From contig JBHGNT010000014.1 in NCBI GenBank assembly GCA_043228905.1, positions 10,664,001 to 10,728,000 on the forward strand: DNA of 64,000 nucleotides, given 5' to 3'. The translations under genes were made by a program, and so were the position numbers. This DNA comes from Azolla caroliniana (lineage: Eukaryota; Plantae; Polypodiophyta). Positions 34,666 through 48,500 of the stretch are shown piece by piece; within the stretch, counting starts at the first letter, position 1; each line of letters starts with the position of its first letter. Below the pieces are notes generated by a model, which made no database searches, was not told the DNA's origin, and saw only the letters and a program-made list of their open reading frames with translations.

Positions 34666-37600
34666 AAATCTACTAAGCTAAGTAGTGACCTTTTGTTTTA
34701 ATGTTTGTTTCCATCTAAGGGGAGTTTGATTCTTTACCATGATCACGATTTTAATGCAACGATGTGGTCAAGCACTCAAGGTGTGATGACACCATGCCAA
34801 CTAAATCACAATCTAGTCTTACAACTATCTGAATTAGAATGCATTTAACCCTATGTTTTTGTTCATATCCTACTGAGTCCTTTCCTTTTCATGCTCATTG
34901 CAGGCATCATAAACTCTCCGTTGACAACCCATTGATACAATAGTGGCACTATATGACCTTAGTGCAAACATTGAAATGCACTACAATAAAGCACCAACGT
35001 GGTTATGTTGAGCCTAACTTTCGTGTGATGTTTAGTTCACTTGTTTAGATTAAAAACCACAACCTTAATACACATAATGGTGTAACTTCAACCATTAACA
35101 ATGGTATTGCATCTACACTCTTAAGTTTAGTGGTTTTTAAGAAACAAAATTAACTTTTTATTATCAAGCCCTTAAATGGCCTTATATATCAAATATATCA
35201 AAGTTGAACACATGCATATATACACTTAAAGTTTTGCATAGTTTTTATCAAACTTTGGGAGATTTTTATCATCAAATGACAAACAAGAAGAAGGTTAAAG
35301 CAATTGTACAATTTGTCTTTGCAAAGATAGTCTTAGGAATGAAAGCATTTAAAGCATGCATGCCCTCTAGCATGATGATGCACATTTATCTAAGACGTTG
35401 ATGCTTGTTGTCCTTAAATGATGTTTGAAGGAGCACATTTCAATCAAATCACATCAATGTGAAAATCGGGTCTGAACGAGTACTAACTCAAGAAACATTA
35501 CAATATTGGTTTTGAAATATATGATAGGGAAATTGATGCATATACAAATATTATGAGCAAACTTGGAGCGTGCAAATGAGCATAGATTTTGTGCATTCAA
35601 AGATTATAGTGACTTTTAATTTTGTGTAACTTTAAAGGAATTTTCTAATCAAATTTAAACACATATTCCAAAATTCTTAGCCACATAATAAATATATAAT
35701 AGAATTTTGTAATGTGGCCCAACGAAATCAACTCATTCTAGTTTCTACTTTCTATGCCACACATTTAAAAAAGTGCTCGTACATTGAATAAACTTCATGG
35801 GATTACTCAAAAAGGGCTAGTACGTGGCCAACTCCTCACATTTTTCTCTTTTATATATATTGAGGGCATTACGTGAATACAGAAAAACGCACGAGTATAA
35901 AATTTCACCTATTTTCAAATTTGGAGTTCATGTGCCAACAAAGGTGTATTTCATAGGTTTTACACTAAGAAAAAGAGGAACTCCATAGTCTTGTGTGCAC
36001 TTTTACTCAATAATTTTTGGACTTCTCGAGTTAGTTTGTCACAAATTTCAGCACCCTTCATTATGAATAAGCAAATCCAACCTTTGGCATACCAAATTAG
36101 AAAAAACATTATACTTGGAATTCCGCTTTGTAAGAAACCCTATGTCATTGATACATTACTACATTTGGGATGTGTGTAAAGGTTTCAATTAATGTTTCCA
36201 AAATCCTTTCATTTGAGATGTCAATGGAATTTGTCTTAGTAAGAGGATCCTAGAACGCTACGGATGGTTCGAAATTGTTCTATGGATAATAGAACTTCGA
36301 ATTTCAATTATTCTTTGAAAGTTATAAGATAAGAAAAAAACCAACTCCAACTTAAGTACCCCAAGAGGAATCCTCTTTCAAATTGCCTTATTCCAATTGC
36401 TTAAAATAATTGAGATAAATCTAAAGTTTGCCAAATAAAAGATTATGAGCGATTAAATTTACTTCAAAATTTGATAACTACTCTATAATATAATATAATT
36501 TACAGTATGCATGATTTCTTCTTTAAGATATAGTTGTGTAGTACTCTTATTAGAGCCATTCTAGAAAGGCAAAATTCCAACTTATCGATTAGCATACAAC
36601 TCCCTCCAATGATATTCAAGCAACTTTCCATATTTTAGGTAGGGCAACAACATTTTGTTGTGACAAGACAACTTGATTACAGTTAGTTGGTGCCTTGTGA
36701 TGGTCGAGGATCAACACCTTGCATTATGAGACATGGCAAAATATCGTGCATATCTAATTACAATGGGCTATTACGGTCCCCATTAATAGACATTCTTCGC
36801 ATTCTTACTTTATCATTGGGCTAACCCTTGGGGACGTGAGTTTAGGTTTAATATATATTCCACTGCCCAATAAAGTATAAGGGTCAGATTGATAACAAGC
36901 AATAAATATACATTTTCATTTGTATTTATATTGATCATACAAAGATACATACTAATTAAGACAATGACAATTACTATTTGTAAGTAAGCTCATATATTGA
37001 TTGGAGTTTGTATATTAATTATTCAACATCATGGGACCTTCTTGATACCGACTCGAGGGAGACACGCATGGTTTTCATGGTGTTATTTAGATTATAACTA
37101 TATTTTAACATCTAATATTCTTTCTGAAAAAATAAAGTTACAATAAAAATAGGAAGACCCGAAGAATGGTAGTGATACTTGCCTTAATATTAATGCATAA
37201 TGAAAAAATCTCATGGAATCATTTAAAAAATATGATGTATGTTTCAAAGGAATTGTCATGTGAAACACAAACAAAAAAAGTGTTTTCATTGAATAGAGAG
37301 AAGCCTTTCATACACATTAAGCAACCATCAACATAGTAGTTTAGGTAGAGAAATATTCTTTTTTAGACATTTTTAAGGAGCGGTCTAGGAGATTAATATA
37401 TTTGAAACGACTTTTTGGACATGATTCATTCAATGATAAATAAAGAGAAAGATTGCCTAAATATAACTAAGATGACTAGTCATGAAGAATAACATCCCAT
37501 ATGTTGTTGATATTTACATTTGCAAAGAGAAATTATATTATATTACATGGTTGTCATCATCATATCCACAAATAAAACCATATACAATTCAAAATATGTT

Positions 37601-39315
37601 TCTTAACCAAACGAGACTGAGAAAGACTGGTTGCCAAGCTAATATAAAATTAACTTCTGACCATGTAGTCAATGTAATAATTGGTAAGCATGTAAAGAGG
37701 AGGGAGGAAGGGATGCCGCATCATTAACACCCAAATATAGGTAGAGTTCACTAACTTCTATGGGGCCATGAAGTCTTCAATGGTATGGAACCTTTGAAAA
37801 GATGTGGAACAAATTGGTATCCACATGTAGATGAGCTTGCACAATTATGCACAATTATTAATCGTTCCATATGAATATATTACCAACTATGCTTCACTAT
37901 CGTTGCAACACCCATGATGTTGAGCATTTGGATGATCGTTGATACCTCTAGATCAATAGTAGAGATAATAGCACATTCACAATCTTGTACATGAGGCAAT
38001 GATCATTGAGAACAAGTTTAGGCACAAATATGTAATTGGGGTTGTCGATGTTGCACCTAACATATCCTAATAATGTTAGTACTTTGTTGGAGTGTACGAT
38101 GTAGAGAGAGAGAAAGATACACTCAACGTGAACCATTTGTGGTTTGAGTATAGGACGTAGTTGGTTCAATTAAATTGAAAATGGTCGATGTAGGGTCAAC
38201 TTTAGCATGAATGGTTGATGCGGTTTAGAATGTATGGAATGGAATTTGATCTTCTAGCATGATCGATATACAAGTGAATTTAACTCATTTTCTAGGTCAA
38301 CATATAGCATATATGAGGAAATTTAAGTTGATGCATGGGACATATACAAATCTTGAATGAAAATTGATACAAACTTAAGTGGTAGCTAGATGATGATCAT
38401 GTAGTGACATTAAACTACTCCATGATTAATTGAGGCATAAAATGCCAATATGGGTGTACAAGTGAGCCTAAAATATCCTAGATTGTATTATTGCTTCATT
38501 GTTTCTATCACAGGCTATACATGTTAGCTAACTAAAAATGAGGCCAACTTTAGGAATGGTTGGGATATTCTATCGTCCACCATCATGGATTGCTTTGCAC
38601 GAGTAGTTGTTGTGAACTTCCTAGATATGAAATAATTTACACTATAAAATGAGCATATATCTATATATATAGAAGATGTTAATGTGGAGTTACCAAGCTC
38701 TTAACAAGAGAGAAAGAGAGAGACATGTTAATGTCCATTGAAGATCGATATAAAGTAAATAGAGAGTACTGCCTTATGGTGAGGTTTGGGGTTCACTTCT
38801 AGATAACCCAACATATGATTAGTGTGAGCATAACATTGACTAAGATACACAAGTGTTATATTGGTTTCGTGTATCACATCAACAATATCCAATATTTTAG
38901 CTTCACATGATCGAAGTTGGTACATGAATATATATAGTCCATCGATAATCAAGATAGTGGTCCATCAAAAACAAGCCACGATTTTGAGGGACATTGAAAT
39001 GTCATTGGGTACAAATAGAATGAATATGATTGTCACACTTCTAATGAGAGTTGTGAGTTGAGGTTTTCCTAAGAAGTGTTAGGTTTTCGCTAGTTAGGGC
39101 ATCGTTAATGTGTCTCTAAGGTGTAGTAGGTATACCTAAAAGAGTAGAAATCATCTTCTCTTCGACAAATCATGAGGGAGATAAGGGTGACACTCCACGT
39201 CCGGTCAGGTGTTCGGAACATGACATCGTGAGCTTCGAGAACACATCTAGTTATAAATCGTTAATGTTGAAACAAAGGATGCCATGTTTGGAACACACGA
39301 CTAGCTATACATATG

Positions 39316-39426
39316 TACATACATACATACATACATACATACATACATACATACATACATACATACATACATACATACTCACACACACACACACACATAC
39401 ATGCATACATACATACATACATACAT
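39316..39426 (+). repeat. (TACA)n/(CA)n compound microsatellite upstream of the MYB gene
   Basis: Directly visible. Confidence 0.95.
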
Positions 39427-39731
39427 ATTTACCTAACGTTATTAGGATTGAATATTAGTAGTGTATGTATCGAGACATATCAAAAGACAAGTCTGAGGAA
39501 GGAATCAAAGAGGATTTTGATCGTTTTAACATCATGGAAAAGAAAGAGGAATATTTTTGGGGTGTTTATTATAAACGATGATGAGAATGTAGGGCCAATA
39601 TTATATGTATGCATATATAAATAATAATCCAAAAAGGACTTAAAACCATAGATAGATATACAATCATAACTCTAGTACGCAGCTCTTTTACTTCATAATA
39701 TGGGTTCAGGAGGAGGCATGGGCCATGGGAC

Positions 39732-41055
39732 ATGATGATGATGATGATGATGAGCAGCAGCCAGTATTCCCTGCATAATGATCATCATAACAACATATTT
39801 GATGATTCAACTCCTCCTCCTCCTCCTCACATGAATATCAATAATTCATACATCTCTCATCATTCAATGGACCGTCGGATCGTTATTAATCGCCCCCAAA
39901 ATCAACAACAAGAACAACAACAACTCGGTGGTAATTATGCTCCATTGACTAGAACTACCCCGACCGCAGATAATTCGTATTATTATTACGCGGCGTCGAA
40001 TTCGTCTTCGGCCGCACATCATTCAATCAATCCCCCGAAGAAGTGGTCGCCCGACAATTCTAATATCATTACTCACGATCGGGATCGAGATGCCGCGGTT
40101 AGTAGTTGTTATTCATCGGACGAGTTCATTGAAACGAATCGTGCTGATAATGAGGACAATGATGATGATGATGATGATGATGGACACCGGCTCCGTCCTA
40201 CTACCACTACTACTACTACCATGGATACAAGCATAATCCATAGCGGCTATACTACGCGTGGGCATTGGCGGCCATTCGAGGACGAGAAGCTACGGGAGCT
40301 CGTGGCACAACATGGCGCGCAAAACTGGAACCTCATCGCCCACAAACTCCAATTGGGGAGATCAGGTTCTCATTCATAGAAATGAATTTTTAGTGCCTTA
40401 AAAAATATGATCTTAAATTAATGAATTCAAATAGGCTTTTTTTGGGGGGGTGTGTGTGTGTATAATAATTCATCATCGAAATGAATTTTAGTGCCTTAGA
40501 TTAATGAATTCAAATAAACTGGGGTGTGGTGTGGGGTATTTGGTTCAATATAGTGATATTTCTGGTGCAGGCAAGAGCTGCAGGCTGCGGTGGTTCAATC
40601 AGCTGGACCCGCGGATCAACAGGTCGTCATTCACGGAGAAGGAGGAAGGCCGACTGTTGGCCGCCCATCGCGTGTATGGGAACAAATGGGCGCTGATCGC
40701 GCGCATGTTCCCCGGGCGGACCGACAATGCCGTGAAGAACCAATGGCATGTCATTATGGCAAGGCATTGCAGCCGTAGCCGCCGGCACCGCCATCGCGGG
40801 GGCGGCACCGGCCCCATCACTTGCAGCCCCCCCGCCAAATTTGGCGGCGGCCGCATGCTCGTGAGGAACCATAAGGCCATGAATCACACTGATGTGAGAC
40901 CCAACAGTGTGGATCATATCAAGCCACAACCAATGGCATCAAAATTGGACCTCTTATCCTCACATCCTCCTCATCATCTTGACACAATGGATCAGAGTGC
41001 TGGTAATATCCCTTTCATAGATTTCCTTGGAGTTAATGGACCACAAGAGTCTTGA
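39732..41055 (+). CDS. R2R3-MYB transcription factor, subgroup-21-like (MYB52/54/105/117 type); exons 39732-40365 and 40571-41055
   Basis: R2 [32 protein letters not shown]|[16 protein letters not shown]3 [34 protein letters not shown]-terminal PFIDFLGV; GT-AG phase-1 intron at 40366-40570; start codon uncertain. Confidence 0.93.
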
Positions 41056-41097
41056 CCCCCCCCCCCCCCCCCCCAATACAATGTTCCAATCTACACT

Positions 41098-41132
<35 letters not shown>

Positions 41133-44100
41133 TGTTTGTATATACTTAATAATGATTTACATTAACCACTCAAATTGATCTCTACTCATATACAAAATCA
41201 TAATCATGATCACCCCCATGATATGTTTAAAAAGACTCTCCCACTCTATAGGATTCGAACCCCCAAGGTCGCGATATTCATACTTGGTCATCCCTAGGAA
41301 TGTCGATATTAACTTGTGTGTGCACAAGTGTACTGCGTTTCCTTGACACATACCTTCTTCTTTTTTTATCGTGCCATTTTGCATATATGATATATGTGTA
41401 GCCTATAATTTGTTAGACCCGACTCCTTAAAAATAATGTCTTTGTAATTTGTCAATACACATGTGTGTGTTATTAAATAGAGGTAAGAAACAAGGTGATT
41501 ATTAATGCCAATGACGAGGGGTGCCACTATTTTGCACTAGTACCACATTTCTTCTCCATGTCACTTCAAGTGTGTCGTGTGTATACGTAAGCAATAACTT
41601 GTTAGGTTGAATAAGTGAGGAGAAGATCAGTATTTCGCACTAGTGTCACATTTCCCTTACACGTCGAAACTTTAAGCATGTCATTATGTATTATATATGT
41701 ACGTAAGCTATTACCTGTATACCGATTTGGTAAGGACAATCCCTATGTTTCCCATTCCTATACAATAATGTCCTCTTATTTAATATATGTCGTAAAAACT
41801 ATTTAATTATATATCTCAAAATCAAGGTTTTTATTTACACAACATGCATTCATTACCGCTACCGGTTTTTGTCCTAAATATTATAGAAGAAGTTAGATGA
41901 TCAAGTCGTCTTACATGTAGTATCTTTATTGTCACTGACCATATAAAGTGCTCCTTCAACAAAAGTATGTTTTTAGGGAGAATAGTTATGTGTGTTAGAG
42001 GTGGTCCTGCAACACCATAAGAGTAGAGATCTAAGAACACAATTTATCATGCCTACGGAACAATCGTATTGCATGGCCCATTGTATAGTACCATGAAAAT
42101 TGATGTATTTTGAGCCCCAACACCTCATATTCATTCTCGAGTCGCATGCCTACATCTATCCGTAATATTGCACTCTTCATTTTCAATTATTATATGACAT
42201 AGAAATGGCCCACTTATGTCAATTGTGGCAAATAACTTGATGGTATGAATATATTAGATTGGTCTTAGGAGAAAGGGATTTTTATAATAAGATGGCTATT
42301 TACATTGTTCCAAGGAGACAAGGGGAACCAAATATTATGTTTTAAATAAACGAAAAGAGGTTTTAAAATTGTGAAATCTCATTTGAAAAACCCTTTTTCA
42401 AGGGTGACTTATCTACCAAGGTATACTCCATAATGTTGATAACAAGAGGATGCACACACAAATTCTTCGCACAACTAAAATAGATGTGGTTAAAATAGAG
42501 ATAAATATATTATTAGCAAAGAGCTAAAGCAAGATTATAGTTGTGGTCATGATACATCAAAAGTTCTACCTTATGTTCTTATAAGTGACCAAACTCATTG
42601 GGTAAAGCGAGACCTAACTCTAGAATAATTCAAGTTTCTGTTATATTATGTAGATTGTTAGACCCAATGCCATCTATCATATTCCATGCTCCTCCATTTT
42701 TGTTGAATTTAAGTGAGGGTGGTTACCGCTTGTTCACGTCTAACACCATCCTTGAAGTGCTAATTTATGCCTAACAAATATAATAAGGAGTTTCTTTGAA
42801 ACTATGACTCATCCGGTTTCTAGGCAACTAAATCATTCCTTTGCAAATTCCTGTAGAATAATTAATTTTGTAGCCCAAGCCCCTATATATTGAGTTCAAC
42901 CTTTTGTCTACTTTTTTGGTGTTCTCCCACCTAATTGTTAGTCAAGTGATATTTTAAAATATTTATATATGTATGTATCTTATGTGCATGTCAAATAAAT
43001 TGTATTGATCTTTTATTTGAGCATTGTAGGTATCACTGTGCTTGTGAATTTGTATGTAATGGTATGTGTATTTTGTGTGTATATTGTTACGCGCTTGTAG
43101 AAGTGTGTATGTGTGTATATGTGTCTTAGTGGGGTAAAGTTAGTAGAGAGGGGCAGCCTTAGGAGTTAATGCAAGAAGATCTTGTGCTTTGAAGGGGCTA
43201 CCTTCTCATCCAAACCTCGGATTCATGATTTGAAAATTTTGTTGCTATTCCCATGAAACCTTCTAGTTGAGAGACAATCTCAACATGGACCAAATCGGTT
43301 GAAGACCAATCGACTAGGCCCGAATCGGTTGAAGAAACCGAGAGTCGAATAAAATAGAGTTCAATTCAAATGAGTCGAGTTGAAGTGATTTTGGCAAGCT
43401 GTTAAGGGCCTATATTCCTATTATGGTAAATAGGAATATTGTAGGCAGATTTAGTGTCAGGCTCATTTATGAGCATTCAAGTACTTGTGTTAGCCCACTT
43501 GTCAGGGCTTGTATAAAAAGTGCTCATTGAGCACATTGTATGTACAGAGTATTCACTATTTGGAATCGAAGTGTTATTGTCTGCTCTCTCCGTCTCTCTC
43601 TCACTGTGTATCTATTCTCTGTGTTTACCTAACTGTCGAGTTCCGAACAATCAACTATGTATTCGGTGCGGTGTCTATTGCACGCGCTTCCGCACATGAA
43701 TCTTTTTCATGGTATCAGAGCACGAGGGTTGAGAATCCTTTGCAATCGACTGAAAAGCAAGCGAACAGGATAGTGTCAAGTTTCTCGTTTTCGGAAAAAG
43801 AAAAGATAGGAACATGGACAAAGGAATAGGAAGCTCATTTCCAACAGAGAAGCTTGATAGGAGCAACTATGCATCTTGGTCATACAACATTCACCAGTAC
43901 CTGCTCGACCATGGTTATTGGAGTTATGTCGAAGGAGCTAATGATGTACCACCGGAGTCAACACATAGAGATTTCTCGGCTTGGGAACAGGTGGTTAACA
44001 GAGTTTTGTACTACTTCGCATCTTGTGGGAGCGACCGGCTTTTTAACTACATTCATGATGCCAAGACACCGAAGGATGCTTGGGGAAATCTAAAGAAGAT

Positions 44101-44631
44101 TTTCGCTGTGAGCACCACAAATAGAAAGCTTCAACTCAGATAGGAGTTGAGTAATGCTCGATAAGGAGATATGTCAGTGGCTGACTACACCTCCAAGATC
44201 AAGGAGATCTGCGACTCTCTCGCCTCCATCAATGTGAACGTCGAGGAGGACGAAATGGTGCAGTTTTGCCTTGGAAGGTATTACCCGTAGAAGTGTACAG
44301 GGTGGTGTAAGGGTGGAACACGATAATGTGGTTGATGTATATGTGTAATGTATATGAATGTGTGAGGATGAGTATGTGTATGAACAAATGTACATTTATG
44401 TGCATGTGTAACGGTCATATTATGTACCGTTACATTTGATGTACTATATAAACCTTTTATGGGTCATGTAATGAAATATACATTTTTTCTTCTCACATTT
44501 TGTGTAATCACATTTTTTTCTTCTCTCTCTCACACACGTAACCCCCTTTGGAAGGGGATGGAGCCATTCTTGGCTTCACCCCCGCCCATAACACTAGCAC
44601 ACCTGAACGATCCACCTTCCATTGAGAAGAA

Positions 44632-44672
<41 letters not shown>

Positions 44673-45416
44673 TCCATTCCTACATAAGAAGCTTTATGTC
44701 ATATCCATCTCTCTTTACTTCCTCGACAACAACAGAAGGAGGAGGAAGAAGCAAAATGATGCATCCAGCCACAAAGCCACAGAAAGGTGGCACAAAAGTT
44801 AGCCATGGCCGACCTTCTTCTTCTTCTTCTTCTTGTTCATCGGAATTGTTTAATGGTGCCTTTGGTGAAGGGGCAGTTCATGGGGTTGGTGGATCAGAAC
44901 AATGGAATCGTTAGTTCAACTAGTGGATCAAATTACTATGTTCGATTGTGAGTACCATAGATAGAGAGCTTTTGAAGCCTTGTGCTTCGGTTGCTCTCCA
45001 TGGACATTCAAATGCTCTTGTTGATGTGTTGCCTCCTGAGGCTGACTCCAACATCTGTCTCCTCAGCCAGTCCGAGAACATGCCAGGGAGGGAGTTAAAT
45101 CATGCGGTAGCAGGAGATACATGTAGTAGGAGAAGGATCTGAAGGCAAGGCAAGGCAAGGGAGGCACAACTTCCATAGCTAGCCTGACACATAACGGTGA
45201 TGATGATGATGATGATGATGATGATCATCACGCCATAGCCACATTGAGGTAAGAGCTCCGGATGGATCACAGGGCCAGACGAACAGGATCGTGGATTAGC
45301 AAGAGCAATTACGGCAGGGATTGATGGCAAGTTGCAAACAACGACGACTGGCAAACAGCGGATGGAGCCAATTGGCCAAGAGTGACAGATAGATGGCGAT
45401 GGCCACGGTTGCACAG

Positions 45417-45474
45417 TGTAAAGAATCAAGAGATGGATTCTTGTGAAGCGGAAGAGATGTGAGTTATGTGTGTG

Positions 45475-45557
<83 letters not shown>

Positions 45558-48500
45558 TAATACACAGAGAATACGCAAAGTAAAAGTATATTGACAAAGG
45601 AGAAAGACTCAACATTATACAAGGTGGGAGGAGGGTGCTTTATGTAATCACCCTCTCTCTTCATTAACTACAAGCCTCATGGAGCATGGGGAATGTGAAA
45701 GCTCATAAGTTATGTGTCATAGAATATGATTCTATGACTCATAATAAATGCTAGAATACAAAGTGGTGACATAATGGTGACTCTTGACCGTTGGAGTGTC
45801 TCTTCACTCTCAAGGCGAGTTCACACACTAGACCAAGTTGAGCTTGATTCTAAACACGCCCCCTCAAGCTCAAGTTGGGTCGGTTTCATACGGTATCCGA
45901 AATCCGCTTCAACTCGTGTTCCGGAGTCCGCGTCGACTCGCGTCGGCTCGCTTTATGCGGAATTGCGGAATCCGTGCTCCAGCTTGCGTTGTGCGAAGTC
46001 TGTGCTTCGGCTTGCGTGCGTAGTTGCAAAGTTTGTGCTTCGGCTTGCGTCTTTCTTCACGGCTTTGCGCGGTAGATCGGCTCTTTGCTACTTCATTGCG
46101 TGGTTGCGGAATCCACGCGTTATTGTGTAGTGTCTTAAGTACTCCCCCTCAAGCTTGGCAGGTCAGGGATTGTCAATCCGAGATCGGTCATGAATTGCCA
46201 TAGATTGTCGGCTCCTAAGGCTTTAGTGAAGATGTCGGCCGTTTGAAGATTAGTGCTAATGTGTTGTAGGTCGACATCACCAGCCAGAACGCGCTCTCGG
46301 ATGAAGTGATAGTGCACTTCGATGTGCTTTGTCCGCGCGTGGAACACCGGGTTCCGAGCTAGATAGATACTGCTCATGTTGTCGCAGTAAAGGGAAGTAG
46401 GATCCTTGATGGGTACATCCAGATCCTTCAAAATCCTCTTGAGCCATACGGCTTCACACGCAGCTACGACTGCACCCTTGTATTCCGCCTCCGTACTCGA
46501 AAGAGCGATGGTAGGCTACTTCTTGCTACTCCAGGATATTGCTCCGTTGCCGAGGGAGAAAACAAATCCGGAGGTTGATCTTCTATCAGCTTTGTAGCCG
46601 GCCCAATCGGCGTCTGTGTACCCCTCGAGTTGTATTGGCATCGCGGTCTTGTAGAGGATGCCGCAATCCATTGTGCCGCTCACGTAGCGTAGAACTCGCT
46701 TAGCGCAATCCAAGTGAGTATCACGCGGTGTTTGCATGAATTGGCTAAGGAGACTGACCGGATAACTGAGATCGGGTCGTGTGATCGTGAGGTAGATGAG
46801 ACTCCCGATGAGTTGCCGATACTGAGTCGGCTCACACGCTTTGGTGCCGGAGTTCGCATCTAGTTTGAGATTACGATCGAGCGGGGTTGCCACGGATTTG
46901 CACTCAGCCATCCCGAACTTGTATAACAAGTTGAGGATGTAGTGCCGTTGAGAGATCATAATTCCGGCCGGAGTCCGAATTACCTCGATGCCAAGGAAGT
47001 AGTGGAGCTCCTTCATGTCCGTCATCTCGAACTTGTCGGAAAGGAGGGATTTGACTTTATTGATTTCGACGAGATGCTCATCTCCAATGACTAGGTCATC
47101 CACATATAAAATAATGACGATTGAACTTGCGGAATCACTTCGTATGTAGAGGGAGTTGTCCGATTTTGACATACGGAAGCCGATTTGATGAAGATATTGC
47201 GTTATCTTCGAATGCTAAGCACGCGATGTTTGCTTGAGGCCGTAGAGTGGCTTCTTGAGTTGGCAAACCGCTTTCGGATGGGTGCTCGAGTTGAAGCCAG
47301 GTGGTTGGATCATGTACACCTCCTCTTCTAATTCGCCTTGTAGAAAGGCGTTCTTGACATCCATTTGATGGAGGTGCCACCCTTTCGCCTCGGCAAGTGC
47401 AATTACGGCCCACACCGTTGTCATCTTTGCCACCGGGGCAAAGGTTTCCTCGTAGTCAACTCTGTGTGTTTGGGCATAGCCTTTCGCTACGAGTCGCGCT
47501 TTGTAGCGGTTTACGAAGCCATCGGCGTTATACTTCACCTTGTAGATCCATCTGCATCTGATCGCCTTTTTCTTTGGTGAGGTGGGAACAAGATCCCACG
47601 TCTCGTTCTTCCGTAGTGCCTGCATCTCCTCGTTCATTGCCTCGATCCATTGCAGGTCCTTCGCGGCTTCCGAAAAGGTTTCCGGCTCCCGTACTGTCGC
47701 TACCTTCATCATAAAGGCGTAATGGTATGCCATATAATCGTTGTAGCCGAATCGGCTTACGGGGTTCTTTTCACGAGTGGATCGGCGGAGCTTTTCATTT
47801 GCAGAGATGAGGGCTTTCTTTGCTCCGATCGATACCTCGAAACCGCCGAACTCACTGTCGAGTGAGTGAGTTGACTCATCATCAGTGAAGTGATCATCTT
47901 CGTATTCCGCCATTTTCGCCTTGCCTTTGTCCATCTTTGGGCTAGGCCGTGATGTGCTTTGATCGCTCAAAGGCTCTTGTGGTCCGCTTAGTCGGGTTGT
48001 GATCGGACTTTCTTCGAACATGCGCGTAGGGTGATCTTCATCCTCTATCTCTTGTTCGGTGGATTCCGGGTCGAGCAGGGTCAGAGTCGAAGTTGTCTCT
48101 GGTGCGTACCAGGATGCGGACTCGTCAAAGACGATGTCTCGACTTACCTGAGATTTTCGAGTTGAGGGGTTGTAGCACTTGTACCCCTTTTGCTCCAGTG
48201 AGTATCCTACGAGGATACATTTCTCCGACTTCGGGTCGAGCTTTTGATGCTTCTCGTCGGGGATGTGCATGTACGCAATGGAGCCGAATATCCGAACATG
48301 TGATAGGTTCGGCTTCTTTCCGAAGAATCTTTCGTGCGGAGTGACCTCGTGCACGCCAGATGTTGTGCACCGGTTCATTAGGTAGACGGCCATATTTGCC
48401 GCTTCAGCCCAATATGACTTGGGCATATGCTTCTCGTTCATCATGGCCCGCGCTACTTCGAGGATGTCCCGATTTTAGCGCTCGGCTACTCCATTTTGTT

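Noticed and set aside
32092-39624. Short ORFs in the AT-rich island as genes
   Set aside because: No motifs or exon structure, and several are microsatellite translations; only the LINE remnant near 34.1-34.4 kb is recognisable
41251-41261. tRNA gene or SINE downstream of the MYB (antisense B-box GGTTCGAATCC)
   Set aside because: No convincing A-box, cloverleaf, tail or TSD found
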